From Callorhinchus milii (taxonomy: Eukaryota): a stretch of 64,000 nt of DNA. Made by a program: the position numbers and the translations under genes. Location: contig NW_024704743.1 in NCBI RefSeq assembly GCF_018977255.1, positions 90,894,001 through 90,958,000 of the forward strand. Direction: 5' to 3'. The notes under the pieces are model-generated. The model had not been told where the DNA came from, made no database searches, and saw only the letters and a program-made list of their open reading frames with translations. This document shows, piece by piece, positions 13,606 through 25,520 of this stretch (its first letter is position 1; every line of letters begins with the position of its first letter).

Positions 13606-14067
13606 CAATGAAGTAAGTGACTTAATATCTGTAAATTCAAGTAGATAAGTGCACTAAGAAACAGATATGTACAAAGTGTGTATAAAAACTTCAATTCTGG
13701 AAAATATAATTCATTTCAAGGTAACTTGCTCCTGTGAAGATGTGTACGCATTTGCTTTTTGCGTGAATTATAAAAAACTGGCTGAGGTTTGGAATGACCC
13801 ATCAATCAAAGTATCCTACATATGATTTCAGCCTGGCTCAGTCGGTAGCCCTCTGAAGAATGAGGTACTGGAAGGCTTCTGGTGTTTGTGAAGGCATAAC
13901 TTGGGATATACCTTTTAGGCCAATTTTTCCAGCAAAAGGGACTTTCTGCATTGAATCTTACCCACTGAAATGTGCCGATTATGCTCCAGCCACTGATCTT
14001 GTTCCAGGTATGCAAACAGAAAGGATGATGGCCTCGGTCACTTACCCTGTGAAATGGAGCAGTATCA

Positions 14068-14612
14068 ACAACAATAACAAGATTACATTTATATAGCACC
14101 TTTTACGTCGGGAGGATGTCCCAAGGCGCTGGACAGAGTACAGCATTTCAGTGAGGCAGAGTGACTGGGGGATGGAATTCCAGAGGTTGGGGGCAGAGTG
14201 ACTGAAGGCTCTCCCTTCAATGTGGGGCGGGGGACGTGGAGCAGGCCGGAGCCGGCTGAGCGGAGGGAGCGGGCGGGTTGGTAGGGGGTTAGGAAGTCGC
14301 AGAGGTAGGGTGGGGCGAGGTCATGGAGGGCTTTGTATGTGAGGACCAGGATCTTGAACTGGATCCTCTGATGGATAGGGAGCCAGTGGAGTTAGGTGAG
14401 AGTGGGGGAGATGGGGTTATGGAGTTTGGTGCAGGAGAGGACATGGGCTGCAGAGTTCTGGATTATCTGCAGCCTGCGGAGGGAGGAGTTGGGAAGGCCG
14501 ACAAGAAGGGCGTTTGCATAGTCGAGCCTGGAGGTGATGAAGGCATGAACAAGAGTTTCAGCGGCTGAAGGATGAGGTAGTGGCGGAGTCGGGCGATGTT
14601 ACGGAGGTGAGG
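14068..14612 (-). mobile_element. L2 3' fragment
   Basis: Reverse tail CAACAATAACAAGATTACATTTATATAGCACC; reverse translation HLRNIARLRHYL; homologous to 26940-27580. Confidence 0.9.
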
Positions 14613-15558
14613 ATTATGTGTGGGAGAATGCTGCCCCGTAAACAAAATATGGTTTGGGCCTTTTCTTCCCCTAATAGATTGGGAACTACTCCATATGTCA
14701 CTGTTAGAATAACAGTGTTTTGAAAGATGAAACTCAGGCCTGAGGGCTGAGTTATTTACCGTGAGTTGGAAGATACAAACTTATAAGTCACTACTTCTGC
14801 AGCTTTGCCTGACAATGTGAGAGTGAATTTAGCTGTCAAGTTTCTAAGTGACTTTCACCTTTCAAGCTCCATCTGGCAATTTTGTTGGCATCAGTGAATT
14901 TGCCATGTGTAAATGTGTCTAGCAGGTTACGGCTCTAAAGAGAGCAGGCACATCTGCTTTTCTTTAAACTATCTGCAGTAAGTGCAAATGCAATGACAGT
15001 GCCATGACATTGCTGCATTTCTGAGACAGAGTACTATAACTAGCTTGCCAGCACATTGCTAAATTAATCTTTCATTGTGTGCATACGTGTAAGCCATAAA
15101 CACTTTTAAAAAAAACTTTTGCTTATTTGCATATTTCTCTTTCGGGAGGCTTGGGAGAGTCAGGGGGGTACAGACTTGGCTGCTGAATACACGGTGAGAT
15201 CATATAAGATGATGTGACTCAGCCCCTTCTCAATCCAAAGTCTCTTGCAAAGATCGTGTATAAACAGGCTCACTTAACTACCATGGAAATTATTTGGAAT
15301 GATCAAGAAGCCTTCGAATTTGACTGGAGTTGGCTCAGTTTACTCTCCACTACCTCATAACCCTGCAAAGGGATACCATATCTTCTCCTGCCACGTTTTG
15401 TCCTGCATTGTCTTTTAGAGTAGAAGTACTTTAGACCCAAGCTGTATAGATGTGGATACTATCTTGGAGGCATGCAGATGTAGGCTGCTTAGAAACATCT
15501 GGATTAGATGGTTGATGGGTCAAGAACTACGTCGGGATTCTGAATTGTCAATCTAGAC

Positions 15559-16560
15559 CAGTAGTGACCAACCTTTATGGTCGGCCATAAGTCAAGAAAT
15601 TTTCAATTAAGAAAAAACTGAAAATAGACTACCAACCGAACACAGACTTAACTAGACTTGTGCGAATCATAGAATTATACAGCACAAAATGAGGCCATTT
15701 GGCCCATCGTGTCTGTGCCGGCTCTTTGAAAAGAGCTATCCAATTCAATCCTACTCCCCGCTCCCTCCCCACAGCCCTGCAAACTTGTTCTCCCCAAATA
15801 ATTATCTACTTCTCTCTTAAACGTTGTTATTGAATTGGCTTCCACCGCCCTTTCAGGCAATGCATTCCAGATCCAAACAACTTGATGTGTGAAAAAAATT
15901 CTTCTCACCTTCTCTCTTTCTTTTAACAACTATTTTAAATCGGTGCCCTCATAAGTTTGAAAACTTCTATGAATTCTCCTCTTAACCATCTCAGCTCCAA
16001 GGAGAATAATCCTAGCTTCTCTAGCCTCTCCTCATAACTGAAGTCCCTCATTCCTGGTACCATCCTGGTAAATCTCCTTTGCACCCTTTCCAATGCCTTG
16101 ACATCCTTCCTAAAGTGTGGGGACCAGAACTGAACACAGTCTCCAGCTGAGGCCGAACCAGTGGTTTATAAAGGTTCATCATAACTTCCTGACTTTTCTA
16201 TTCTATGCCCCTATTTATGAAGCCTTGTATCCCGTATGCTTTTTTAACAGCTTTATCTCCCTGTCCTGCCACCTTCAAACATTTACTTATATGAGCCCTC
16301 AGGTCTCTCTGTTCCTTCACCCCCTTTAAGATTCTGCCATCAGCTTATATGGCCTCTCCTCAATCTTCCTCCCAAAATGCATCACTTCACATTTCTCCAC
16401 ATTAAACTTCATCTGCCACGTCTCTGCCCATTTTACCAGTCGGTCTATGTCCTCTTGCAGTCTGACACTATCCTCCTCACTGTTTGCTACATTTCCTGGC
16501 GTAGTATCATGTTTGAGGGCTGTTTCTTGACAGCCCCACAGGCTACTTCCAGCCCACGGG
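15559..16560 (+). mobile_element. hAT-type MITE split by a CR1 insertion
   Basis: ATCTAGAC then CAGTAGTGACCAACC; AACACAGACT...GTGCGAAT before the CR1 and ATGTTT...TTCTTGACA after it match the 7035 copy. Confidence 0.6.
15668..16497 (-). mobile_element. CR1 LINE 3' portion (subfamily A, ATTCTATG tail)
   Basis: Reverse translation FFTHQVVWIWNALPERAVEA; 3' end GGCACAGACACGATGGGCCAAATGGCC...ATTCTATG; close match to 31418 and 46845. Confidence 0.92.
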
Positions 16561-16725
16561 CATTGTCAGAGGTGGCATCCTTCGGATGAGTTGATAAATG
16601 AAGGACCTGTTCCTATGCAAGTAGATGTTAAAGATTTGTGACACAATTCAAGAAGAGAAGGGAACTTTCAGTAGACTGGCCGACAGTCCTCCAGATAAAT
16701 TAATCATTCATTTGCCTACAAATAA
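16560..16725 (+). mobile_element. Deu-domain SINE fragment
   Basis: GCATTGTCAGAGGTGGCATCCTTCGGATGAG...GATGTTAAAGAT. Confidence 0.6.
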
Positions 16726-17387
16726 GGTGAATAAACTTGACAACAACTTCCTGTAAAAATGTGTTGACGTTGTAGGTCCTATATCAACAAATAAGCATTG
16801 ATTTATTTAATTTTTGATTGTGAGGGCCGAGGATCTCTGGACATAATAGGTGGTCAACAATAATTCTCTCCATTCTTCTTTCTCCCACTGTGGCCCTGAA
16901 AACCCTTATGAGTAATTGAATAGACAAACTTCCAGACCAAACTGTGTGCAATTTCATTGCTCAACACACCACAAACCATCGCCCATGCAAATATCTGCAG
17001 AGTATAAAGTTGGTTCCCACCACTGGTTACTACGTAGGAGACTACAAGTCAGCATTTGGCAACAAATATTCATGAGACATACTGTTTTTCGTGAAATGCA
17101 AAAGCTACCACAAATTTTAGTCCCATGCAGCTAATTCATGTCTCTGCAGCTCATTTGTTTGTTTCTTTCAGAGCCGAATTAACTACAAGGGGCAGATAGA
17201 GCACAATAGTAATGTATGAATAGATGTGGAGTCCTGTAGCTCAGTGGTTAGAGCACTCACCTTGCAAGTGAGAGCCCTGGGTTCGATTCCCGGATGGGCG
17301 AAACGTCCTTACTCCACACGCCTCTGTTTACCTAGCAGTAAGTAGGAACTAGGTTATTAGTCGATTGGTGGATTTCTTTTCCGAGGG

Positions 17388-17710
17388 TAATAATAATAAT
17401 AATAATCCTTGCATTTGATATAGCGCTTTTCACGTCAGGAGGACGTCCCAAAGCGCTTCACAGAACACACTGTAAAGTGAATCGACTGTATATTTGTGGG
17501 CGAACGCGGCAGCCAATTGCGCACAGCAATGTCCTACAAACACTTGTAGATCGAAAATGACCAATTTATTATTGTTTTTGGTTTTTTTGAGGGATTATTA
17601 TTAGGCTCTGTGTGGAGTAAGGAAACTTGCCCAAGGTTTCGCCCTGCCTGGAATTGAACTCAGGTCTCTCACTTGCAAAGCGAGTGCTCTAACCACTGAG
17701 CTACAGGACT
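17388..17710 (-). mobile_element. Young short-variant tRNA SINE (nested)
   Basis: Near-complete reverse copy flanked by TAATAAT. Confidence 0.9.
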
Positions 17711-17836
17711 AATAATTACTAAAAAAAAATAATAATGATAATAAATCAGTCACTCAATCCATGACTATTTATGGGACACTGCTGTGGGCAATTGGCTGCC
17801 ACATTTCACCAACAAAATATACAGTCAATTCACTTT

Positions 17837-17976
17837 ACAAGTTTGCAGGGCTATGGGGAGAATGCGGGGAGTGGGATTGATTTGGATACCTCTTTTCAAA
17901 GTGCCGGCACAGACACAATGGGCCAAATAGCCTCCTTCTGTGCTGTACAATGCTATGTATGGTTCTATAATTCTAT
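17837..17976 (+). mobile_element. CR1 extreme 3' end (nested)
   Basis: GCCGGCACAGACACAATGGGCCAAATAGCCTCCTTCTGTGCTGT...TTCTAT. Confidence 0.85.
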
Positions 17977-18499
17977 ATTCTGTGAAGCGCTTTGCGACAT
18001 CTTGAAAACATGATAAGGCACTATATCAAATGCAAGGATTATTATTATTATTTATTATGAAGCACTTTGGGTAATCTCAGAAAAAATAAATAATGATGCA
18101 ACAAAAAATGAACATTGTGTAAAATTATCACTTTTTGTTTTGCAATATAAATACAGGATAACACTATTGCAGCCTCTTTAACAACAACAAATTACATTTT
18201 ATAGTGTCTTTTGTGTCAGGAGGATGTTCCAAGGATCTGAAAAAATTCAGAAAAATATGGAGGCCAGTATATGAATTTCATACTTGTATAGCACATTTAT
18301 TGATACATATAAATATTTATAGCACATTTTTGTATTTATTTAAGTATGATATCTTCCTCTCCAACTGTGGAGAGTGACAGGAAGTCAGGCAGAGAGGGAG
18401 ATATGGGGCAGTTCAGCCACATTATGCAATATTACATGTCTATGTGTAGTGAAATGTATTATGTGTGAAATTATGCAGGCGTGTAATTTCCAGAGTTTT

Positions 18500-18595
18500 A
18501 GCCTCGCCTGTGAGCTCAAGGTCCCAACATAGGGCTTGAACCCACAACCTTCTGACTCAGAGTTAAAAGTGCTATCAACTGAGTCAGGCTGACAC
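18500..18595 (-). mobile_element. Deu-SINE tRNA head fragment
   Basis: GGGCTTGAACCCACAACCTTCTGACTCAGAG. Confidence 0.65.
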
Positions 18596-19404
18596 ACAAA
18601 TTACTTTTACACATAAATAAGTAGAACACTGTTAAGGGTTTCCAAGGCAGACAGCTCTGATGCTAGAAACAGAGTCAAAACGTAAGCGGATTCGCTCCTA
18701 TGACTTTCCACAGCCTGGTTAATTGGTTTGTTTTTAAAACACTCTTTTTTAAAATCTGTTTTGTTTTAATTGAATTATCATTACTACCCTCATTTTCCAG
18801 CCTCTGCTTTCATCATGGAGCTAACACTCGCTGGAGTGCAGCTCCAGGGTTACAGGTCACCCTTCAATCATCATCCAAGTAACTATTCTTTGTGCCTGAG
18901 TCTTGACAATGGGTGTTGCCCATAGTGACATATTACAGCCAAGTCTGATGGATCCTCAACCAAGTAATTGTCCCTGCTTACGTCCACCTGTTAGCATCCA
19001 TTGACTACAAAGGAGATGGAGTTCATTAATAGTCTTTTGCTTTGGATTTTCTTATTAAAAGTGCTGAATTTTCTTCCCCAGATAACCATAAATACATTCA
19101 CTACCACAAACACCCTGTGGCATCTGGTGATAAAAGATAGTTAATAATCTCCCTTCTATCAAATAAAGAGAATGCCTCTGGTTTGAACTTGTTCCCACTG
19201 TTCAGATGAAAGATTTAAAATGAGTGTGTGCCAGGAAGTAAATATTACAGGCATTAAGGCAAATCGAACAAAGTTTTCCTTGAAGCCAGTTTTATAACTA
19301 ATGATTAAGAAAAACATGTTGTCTTAAATCATTAAAACAAGTTGGTCAAAGAATTGCTGGGGAAATAATCGGGTGAAAGTTTCTCATAACTGGTTAGTTT
19401 ATGC

Positions 19405-20398
19405 CAGAAGCCATTCAACAAGATGCCTACATAAAAGGCTGTTGCATAAGATTAGAGCCCAAGGAATTAAAGGTAATATATTAGCAAGGATTGGAGAGTG
19501 GCTAACAAGAAGAACTCAGAGAATAGGAATAAACGGGTCCTTCTCAGATTGACAGGATGTGACTAGGAGTGCCACAAGGATCAGTGCTTGGGCCTCAATT
19601 ATTTACAGTCTATATCAATGATTTAGATGAGGAAATAGAACTTAACATATCTAAATTCACGGAAGATACAAAGATAGGTGGGAGAGTAAGCTGTGAGGAT
19701 GACACACAAAGAATGCAAAGGGAAATAGACAGGCTAGGTGAGTGGGCAAGAAGATGGCAGGTGGAGTGTAACGTGGGGAAGTGTAAAGTTATTCACCTGG
19801 GTAGTAAAAATAGAAAAGCGGATTATTTTCTAGAGGGGAAGAGACTAGGTAGTGTTAGTGTTCAGAGGGATTTGGGTGTTCTTGTACACCAGTCACAAAA
19901 ATTTAGTATGCAGGTACAGCAAGCAACAAGGAAGGCTTATGCCATGTTGGCGTTCGTTTCAAAAGGGTTAGAGTACAAGAGGAGGGAAGTCTTGTTGCAG
20001 TTGTATAAGGTCTTGATGAGACCGCACCTAGAATATTGAGTGCAGTTTTGGTCTCCTTATTTAAGAAAGGACATACTCGCCTTAGAGGGGGTGCAGCATA
20101 GATTCACCAGGTTGGTTCCTGGGATGAGGGGGTTGACCTATGAGGATATGTTGAGTAAACTAGAAACATTTCTTCACTCAGAGGATGGCGAATTTGTGGA
20201 ATTCTCTACCTCAGAAGGCTATGAATGCTCAGTCCTTGAATATATTCAAGATTGAGGTTGATAGATTTCTAAAGGATTAAGGGATGTGGGGATAGGGCAT
20301 GTAAATGGAATTAGGTTAGAAGATCTTATTACATGGAGGTGCAGGCTCGAGGAGCCGAATGGCCTACTCCTGCTCCTACGTCTTATGGTCTTATGGTC
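19405..20398 (+). mobile_element. CR1 LINE RT and 3' end (subfamily B, TCTTATGG tail), degenerate
   Basis: [42 protein letters not shown]; 3' GGAGCCGAATGGCCTACTCCTGCTCC(TCTTATGG)2; internal deletion near 20165. Confidence 0.93.
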
Positions 20399-21293
20399 TA
20401 ACTTTGAAACGCGCTTTGTATTTAAATGGCATTTTTCACCTTATTTTGCTTTGTCACCATTGCTAAGTACAATGCTCTGTTGGAAAGCGCATAAGGTGGA
20501 TATGTGTGGATGGTCAGTAATGACGGGTAGCTGCCAATCTCCTCCATGTAGTCAAAAAAAACTATCAACATTTACTTGTGATACTTCACCGAGTTTTACC
20601 TTTCCACTCCCGAAGCACTACTACTAACGTTTTCACAAATGCTGACTGCATTCCAATGCATTCTTCATTTATGAGACCACAAAGCAGAAAGGTTATCACT
20701 ATGAGATAAGACAAAAGAATTTTGTTTTTACCCAATGTCCAAACACAGACATATACTTTCTAATAGAGTCACTGGACCGTATCTGATTTCCCCCTCTCTA
20801 ACTCAGAGATTCTTTGGACAGTTAGCACATACCTAGCGCTCCCTTCCTATCAGGTAACTCAGTTTAAAGATGAGAGAAAACTGGGACACCATATTTCAAA
20901 ATATCTCCTGTAACAACAAAGCCTACTTTAGAAAATAAAAAATATTTGATAGTTCTTTGCTAACATTGAAACCAATATTTTTGTCACTTTTTGGAATGAG
21001 TACGATCAATTTTATTCCACCTTCTTTTCGAATGCTTAGACTTAACTTTTACTGCACTATGTGGCAGATATTCCAAATTTCCATCAGATTCAATGTGTTC
21101 AACAATGGAGAAGATTTCAATAAAATACAATACAAATTTACATTTATATAGTGTCTTTGATGTCAGGAGGACATCCCAAGCCAGAAGCATGGGATTATTC
21201 TGAAGAGTTACTTCTCAGGTCATTGGTTTTATAGGTTACAGTGGAGTTACAGTGTTGCAGTGTTACAGTGTTACAGTGGAGTTACAGGTTACA

Positions 21294-21620
21294 GTGGAGT
21301 CCTGTAGCTCAGTGGTTAGAGCACTCTCTTTGCAAGCGAGAGACCTGAGTTCAATTCCAGGCAGAGGGCGAAACCTTGGGCAAGTTTCCTTACTCCACAC
21401 AGAGCCTAATAATAATCCCTCCCAAACCAAAAACAATAATAAATTGGTCATTTTCATTCTACGACTGTTTGTGGGACATTGCTGTGTGCAATTGGCTGCC
21501 GCGTTCGCCCACAAATATACAGTCAATTCACTTTACAGTGTGTTCTGTGAAGCGCTTTGGGACGTCCTCCCGACGTGAAAAGCGCTATATCAAATGCAAG
21601 GATTATTATTATTATTATTA
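21294..21620 (+). mobile_element. Young tRNA-Ala SINE, full length
   Basis: Complete head, body and tail; TTACA(GT) at both junctions. Confidence 0.93.
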
Positions 21621-23254
21621 CAGTTCAATGACTTTGGTCTCTCTGTAGAAATGTATGAGAGAAAGATGAACTTGCATTTTTATAGCGTGCCTATAATGTT
21701 GAACCATCTCAAAGCGCTTCACAGTAAATACTGTCAAATGTAGGCAAAAAAGGTTGGAACTGAGAGTGAAATCATTGTGGAGATACATATGAATTATAAG
21801 AAAAATGAGAGTTTCACAAGTGAATTACTTTAGATCTGGAGAGGGTCAGTGTCAATCCCATACTGCAGCAGTAAAAGTACAGATGTCTTTACGCACTATG
21901 GGGCATTTCCGAGCAACTGGAGGAGTCTTGCATTGCTCAGAATAAAATATCTATTTGCATTCAGAAGGCGATTAAGGCTTTTGTCACGTGTTCTGACAAT
22001 TAGCACATTTTCATGATAATTAGCACATCACATACCCTCCCTCTATATGTGAAGCCAAAAAAATTCTATACAATTGTACACATGGAGGCACGGAAATCCT
22101 CTGAAAATACTATGAAGTTGTGAAAAATACCGTAAAGATGTGAAATACAGTCACCATAGGACTGCAACACCATTCTTAGTATAATTCAAAGGCTTCTTCA
22201 AATAATTGAACATTGCGAAAGAAAACATAAGATTGAAGTAGCAAAATTTTAACCCCAAAATGTCTTGTATTTTTTAGATCCACTGTGATATCTCTCTTCA
22301 GTGCCATTAAAGAGTGATATTATTAAACGGCCAAGAAGGGAGGGATGAGAGGCTGGTTGTGGTAAGATAATGCCTCAGGGCCTGGAGTAAAGGATTTACA
22401 GCTCTCACAATGGGTGTGTCTCTTAAACTCATGTTGAGGTTGGGGTGGGTTTTCTTTGATTTTTCTCCTGTCATCTCGAAGCATTGGCAACACATTTACT
22501 GCAATAATCTTTAAAAGATCAAATGAGCACAGAAATTCAACTTCAAATCAATCACCGTTAATCTTTCACAGGACTTGTGGGGGGCAGAGTACTATTGGTT
22601 TTAATACGTTTATTAACTGAATTCAGTTACCATGTATGTGTATGTGCAGAGACTATTAATTGTAAAATATGATTGATGTGAAGATACTCGAGGGTTTTCG
22701 TAGGAAATTCATCAGATCAGTCATTAGTGAATCCTTCATTTCTCAGCTGCTGAACACACCCTATCTGCAGTCTTCCTCCACACTACAGTCTGTCTGTACC
22801 CTCCATTCTCTGACTCTAATTTATTGCTCACTTCATACTACCTTCACTCCACCATTGGTTGATCAACCTTCAGAGTTCCTATGAAACTCTTTTCCCACAT
22901 CACTCTGCCTTCTCCCTCTGTCCCCCATTTTCAAAATCCTCCTAAAGTGATTCTATTTGATCTTACTTTTGGTTAAGATATTTACATCTCTTAAGTTTCA
23001 TGCTCGGTGTCCACCATTACATTGGTCAAGTGCTTTGAAATGTTCTTTCATGTGACAGGTGTATGATAAATGGAAGTGGTTGTTGGTTATTTTCATTTCC
23101 ATGATGCAATATTAAGTTCACTGAAGACTGGTATCATCCATGGCTCACTTTTCTATAAAATGGAGTAACCAATAACTGTAAGAGAAATTCTTCCTATCGT
23201 ACTTTTATCCAGACAGTTTATACTTATACATTCTATATAAAATACATTATGATA

Positions 23255-23975
23255 CTTAACCATATAGATAGGGGAGGTCCCAGGTTTAAATCCTTGTCTG
23301 TGCTAAGAGGATTCTACAAATCACATTATTGACCTGAGCTACAGAAGGGGGATAACAGCCAAGGTTTCCTCTCCTGATAATTATCAAGTGACACTTATGC
23401 GAACCAGTTCACCTGGATTGTGGAGTCCTGTAGCTCAGTGGTTAGAGCACTCGCTTTGCAAGTGAGAGACCTGAGCTCAATTCCAGGCAGAGGGCGAAAC
23501 CTTGGGCAAGTTTCCTTACTCCACACGCCTAATAATAATCCCTCCAAAAAACCCAAAACAATAATTAAATTGGTCATTTTCAATCTACGACTGTTTGTGG
23601 GACATTGCTGTGTGCAATTGGCTGCCGCGTTCGCCCACAAATATACAGTCAATTCACTTTACAGTGTGTTCTGTGAAGCGCTTTGGGACGTCCTCCTGAC
23701 GTGAAAAGCGCTATATCAAATGCAAGGATTATTATTATTATTATTATTAGATACAGTCTCTGCACTTTACGGTATTTCCTGTGAAGCCCTTTGAGACATC
23801 CTCCCAATGTGAAAGGCGCTATGCTAAATGTATAGTAATGGATCCACTGTAGTCTTGTAGCCTGTTTGAACTTACATGAGAAGAACAGTCACTTGGCTGA
23901 GGTATCTAACAATGTCTGCTGCTCATGGAACTATACTCCAGCCTTAGCTGCCGCCTTACTCTGGAGGGAAAACAT
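23255..23975 (+). mobile_element. Ancient AmnSINE2-like SINE interrupted by a young SINE
   Basis: GGAGGTCCCAGGTTTAAATCCTTGTCTGTGCT, CAGCCAAGGTTTCCTCTCCTGAT; resumes at GAAGAACAGTCACTTGG...ATGGAACTATACTCCAGC. Confidence 0.5.
23420..23749 (+). mobile_element. Young tRNA-Ala SINE, full length
   Basis: Complete head, body and (ATT)n tail. Confidence 0.93.
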
Positions 23976-24382
23976 TTTTTAAACACAAGTTGGTACAATA
24001 TTTTAAAAAACACTAAATAGTAATGAGCCATAGAGAGGAGGAAGGTTGCAGATTGGATCATTGATCTGTGCTCAGTTAGTTCCTTTTTAGCCTGGGTGGA
24101 ATGAATGATACAACAATTTACTTCACAGGTCCCCTTCCAGCTGTCAAATGTCAGCCACAATTCTACTCAATATTAAATGACCCTCTCTCCCCTGCACATA
24201 ATGTTTTGAAGATTTCACTCAGTGCTGATACCCTCCACCTGATTAAATGCCTGCCAAACACTCACTAGCTTTATACAGGGAAATTTAGAAGTTTACATCT
24301 CAGAAGAAGGCCTTCAGCGCATTGTGTAGAAATGCCCAATTGGGTGGTTTACACAGTTGTTGTTGCTACCGCAGGGCAACTA

Positions 24383-24457
24383 CCTAACTAACTAACTAAC
24401 TAACTAACTGACTGACTGACTGACTAACTAACTAGCTAACAAACAAACAAACAAACA
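24383..24457. repeat. Compound tetranucleotide microsatellite (CTAA)n(CTGA)n(CTAA)n(CAAA)n
   Basis: Read directly. Confidence 0.95.
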
Positions 24458-24534
24458 ATAGAACTGTGCTCCTCATGTCAAGAGAAGAGGGAGTAAACTG
24501 GAGGAGAAAATGCAGTGGAAAAAATAATACATTT

Positions 24535-24596
24535 AAAATTATTGTCTTCACATTACTTGTATTTCCAAAATTATTGTCTTCACATTACTTGTATTT
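24535..24596. repeat. Tandem duplication, 32-bp period
   Basis: AAAATTATTGTCTTCACATTACTTGTATTT occurs twice, separated by CC. Confidence 0.95.
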
Positions 24597-24799
24597 GGAG
24601 CGACAAAAGAGACAGAGAGATTAGAAAGAGGAAAGAATGAATCATCTAAAACGAAGATTGTTTTTCAAACTATCAGTTCTGTTCCTGGGAGATTTGATAC
24701 AACACTGCCTCGTATTATACTGACAATGATTAATATATTGTATGGTACAAAAGCAAGCAAATATTTTCTTGTTTACTAAGCACAACGTTGACATGTTTT

Positions 24800-25095
24800 T
24801 ACCTGTGCTACTCAATGTGCCCGAACAGAGACAGGAATATGGTAGCAATGCTGTGATGCATTCCAGGTTGAGCTGTGTTGTCCCCTGGGAAGCACACAGG
24901 GAGTTCCTGGTATCTACCATCCATCTAGTGAGAGTTCACCCTGCGCTTATTGGATGTCAAACAATCCATTAGAAACAGCCATCCTTGGGGGAGGTAAGCG
25001 GGGTCTCCTTATAGCTGAACAGCCTCCAAGGTGACGTGCTTGGCAACGGAATATCAGAATAGAGCCAGCCCTCAGTGGCTTGATTCTGATATTCC
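24800..25095 (+). repeat. Unclassified old dispersed repeat (second copy at ~36160-36520, minus strand)
   Basis: Collinear matches, e.g. CAAGGTGACGTGCTTGGCAACGGAATATCAGAAT vs CAAGGTGACATGTTTAGCATCGGAATATCAGAAT. Confidence 0.7.
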
Positions 25096-25299
25096 TTTGT
25101 CTAAAAAAATGGGTTCACAGGACATCGGCTATCAGAATGACTTTAATGCAGCTTAATCCACAGATAACAATGGTGAAAAACAGCCTGGGTTGGTCTTCAT
25201 TTTCACAAAAATTGTAGTTAAATAAATTTAAAAAATCCTGAACCAGAATGAACAGATTGAAAATCTTAAATTTGATTTATCTCTCTATTTAACTGAATC

Positions 25300-25520
25300 A
25301 TCAGCTTGGCTTAGCTGGCAGCACTTGGTCATAAAGTTGTGGTTTCAAGCCTTCTAGTCTTGGCTGAGCATTGAGGCGGTGCAGCATTCTCAGACATGCC
25401 ATTCTTTGAATTAGACATTAAACCTAGATTGCTATCTGCCTGTTCTCCCATTAAAAACATATTTCACCAGTCAAAAAGAGTAGGGAGTTTTTTTTCCTGA
25501 TAACATGACCAATAATCCTA
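25300..25520 (+). mobile_element. Deu-domain SINE, degenerate
   Basis: TGGCTTAGCTGGCAGCAC...GGTTTCAAGCC...GCAGCATTCTCAGA...GACATTAAACC. Confidence 0.6.

Larger units (their letters stand above)
17226..18052 (+). mobile_element. Long-variant tRNA SINE carrying two nested insertions
   Basis: Head at 17226-17390, body resumes at 17711-17838, tail at 17974-18052. Confidence 0.85.

Noticed and set aside
16117..16589. Recurrent ORFs MGTRTEHSLQLR... and MHHFTFLHIKLH...
   Set aside because: Antisense frames of CR1 subfamily A
21294..21365. tRNA-Ala(TGC)-like genes at SINE heads
   Set aside because: No proper acceptor stem, and always fused to the SINE body; these are SINE promoters, not tRNA genes
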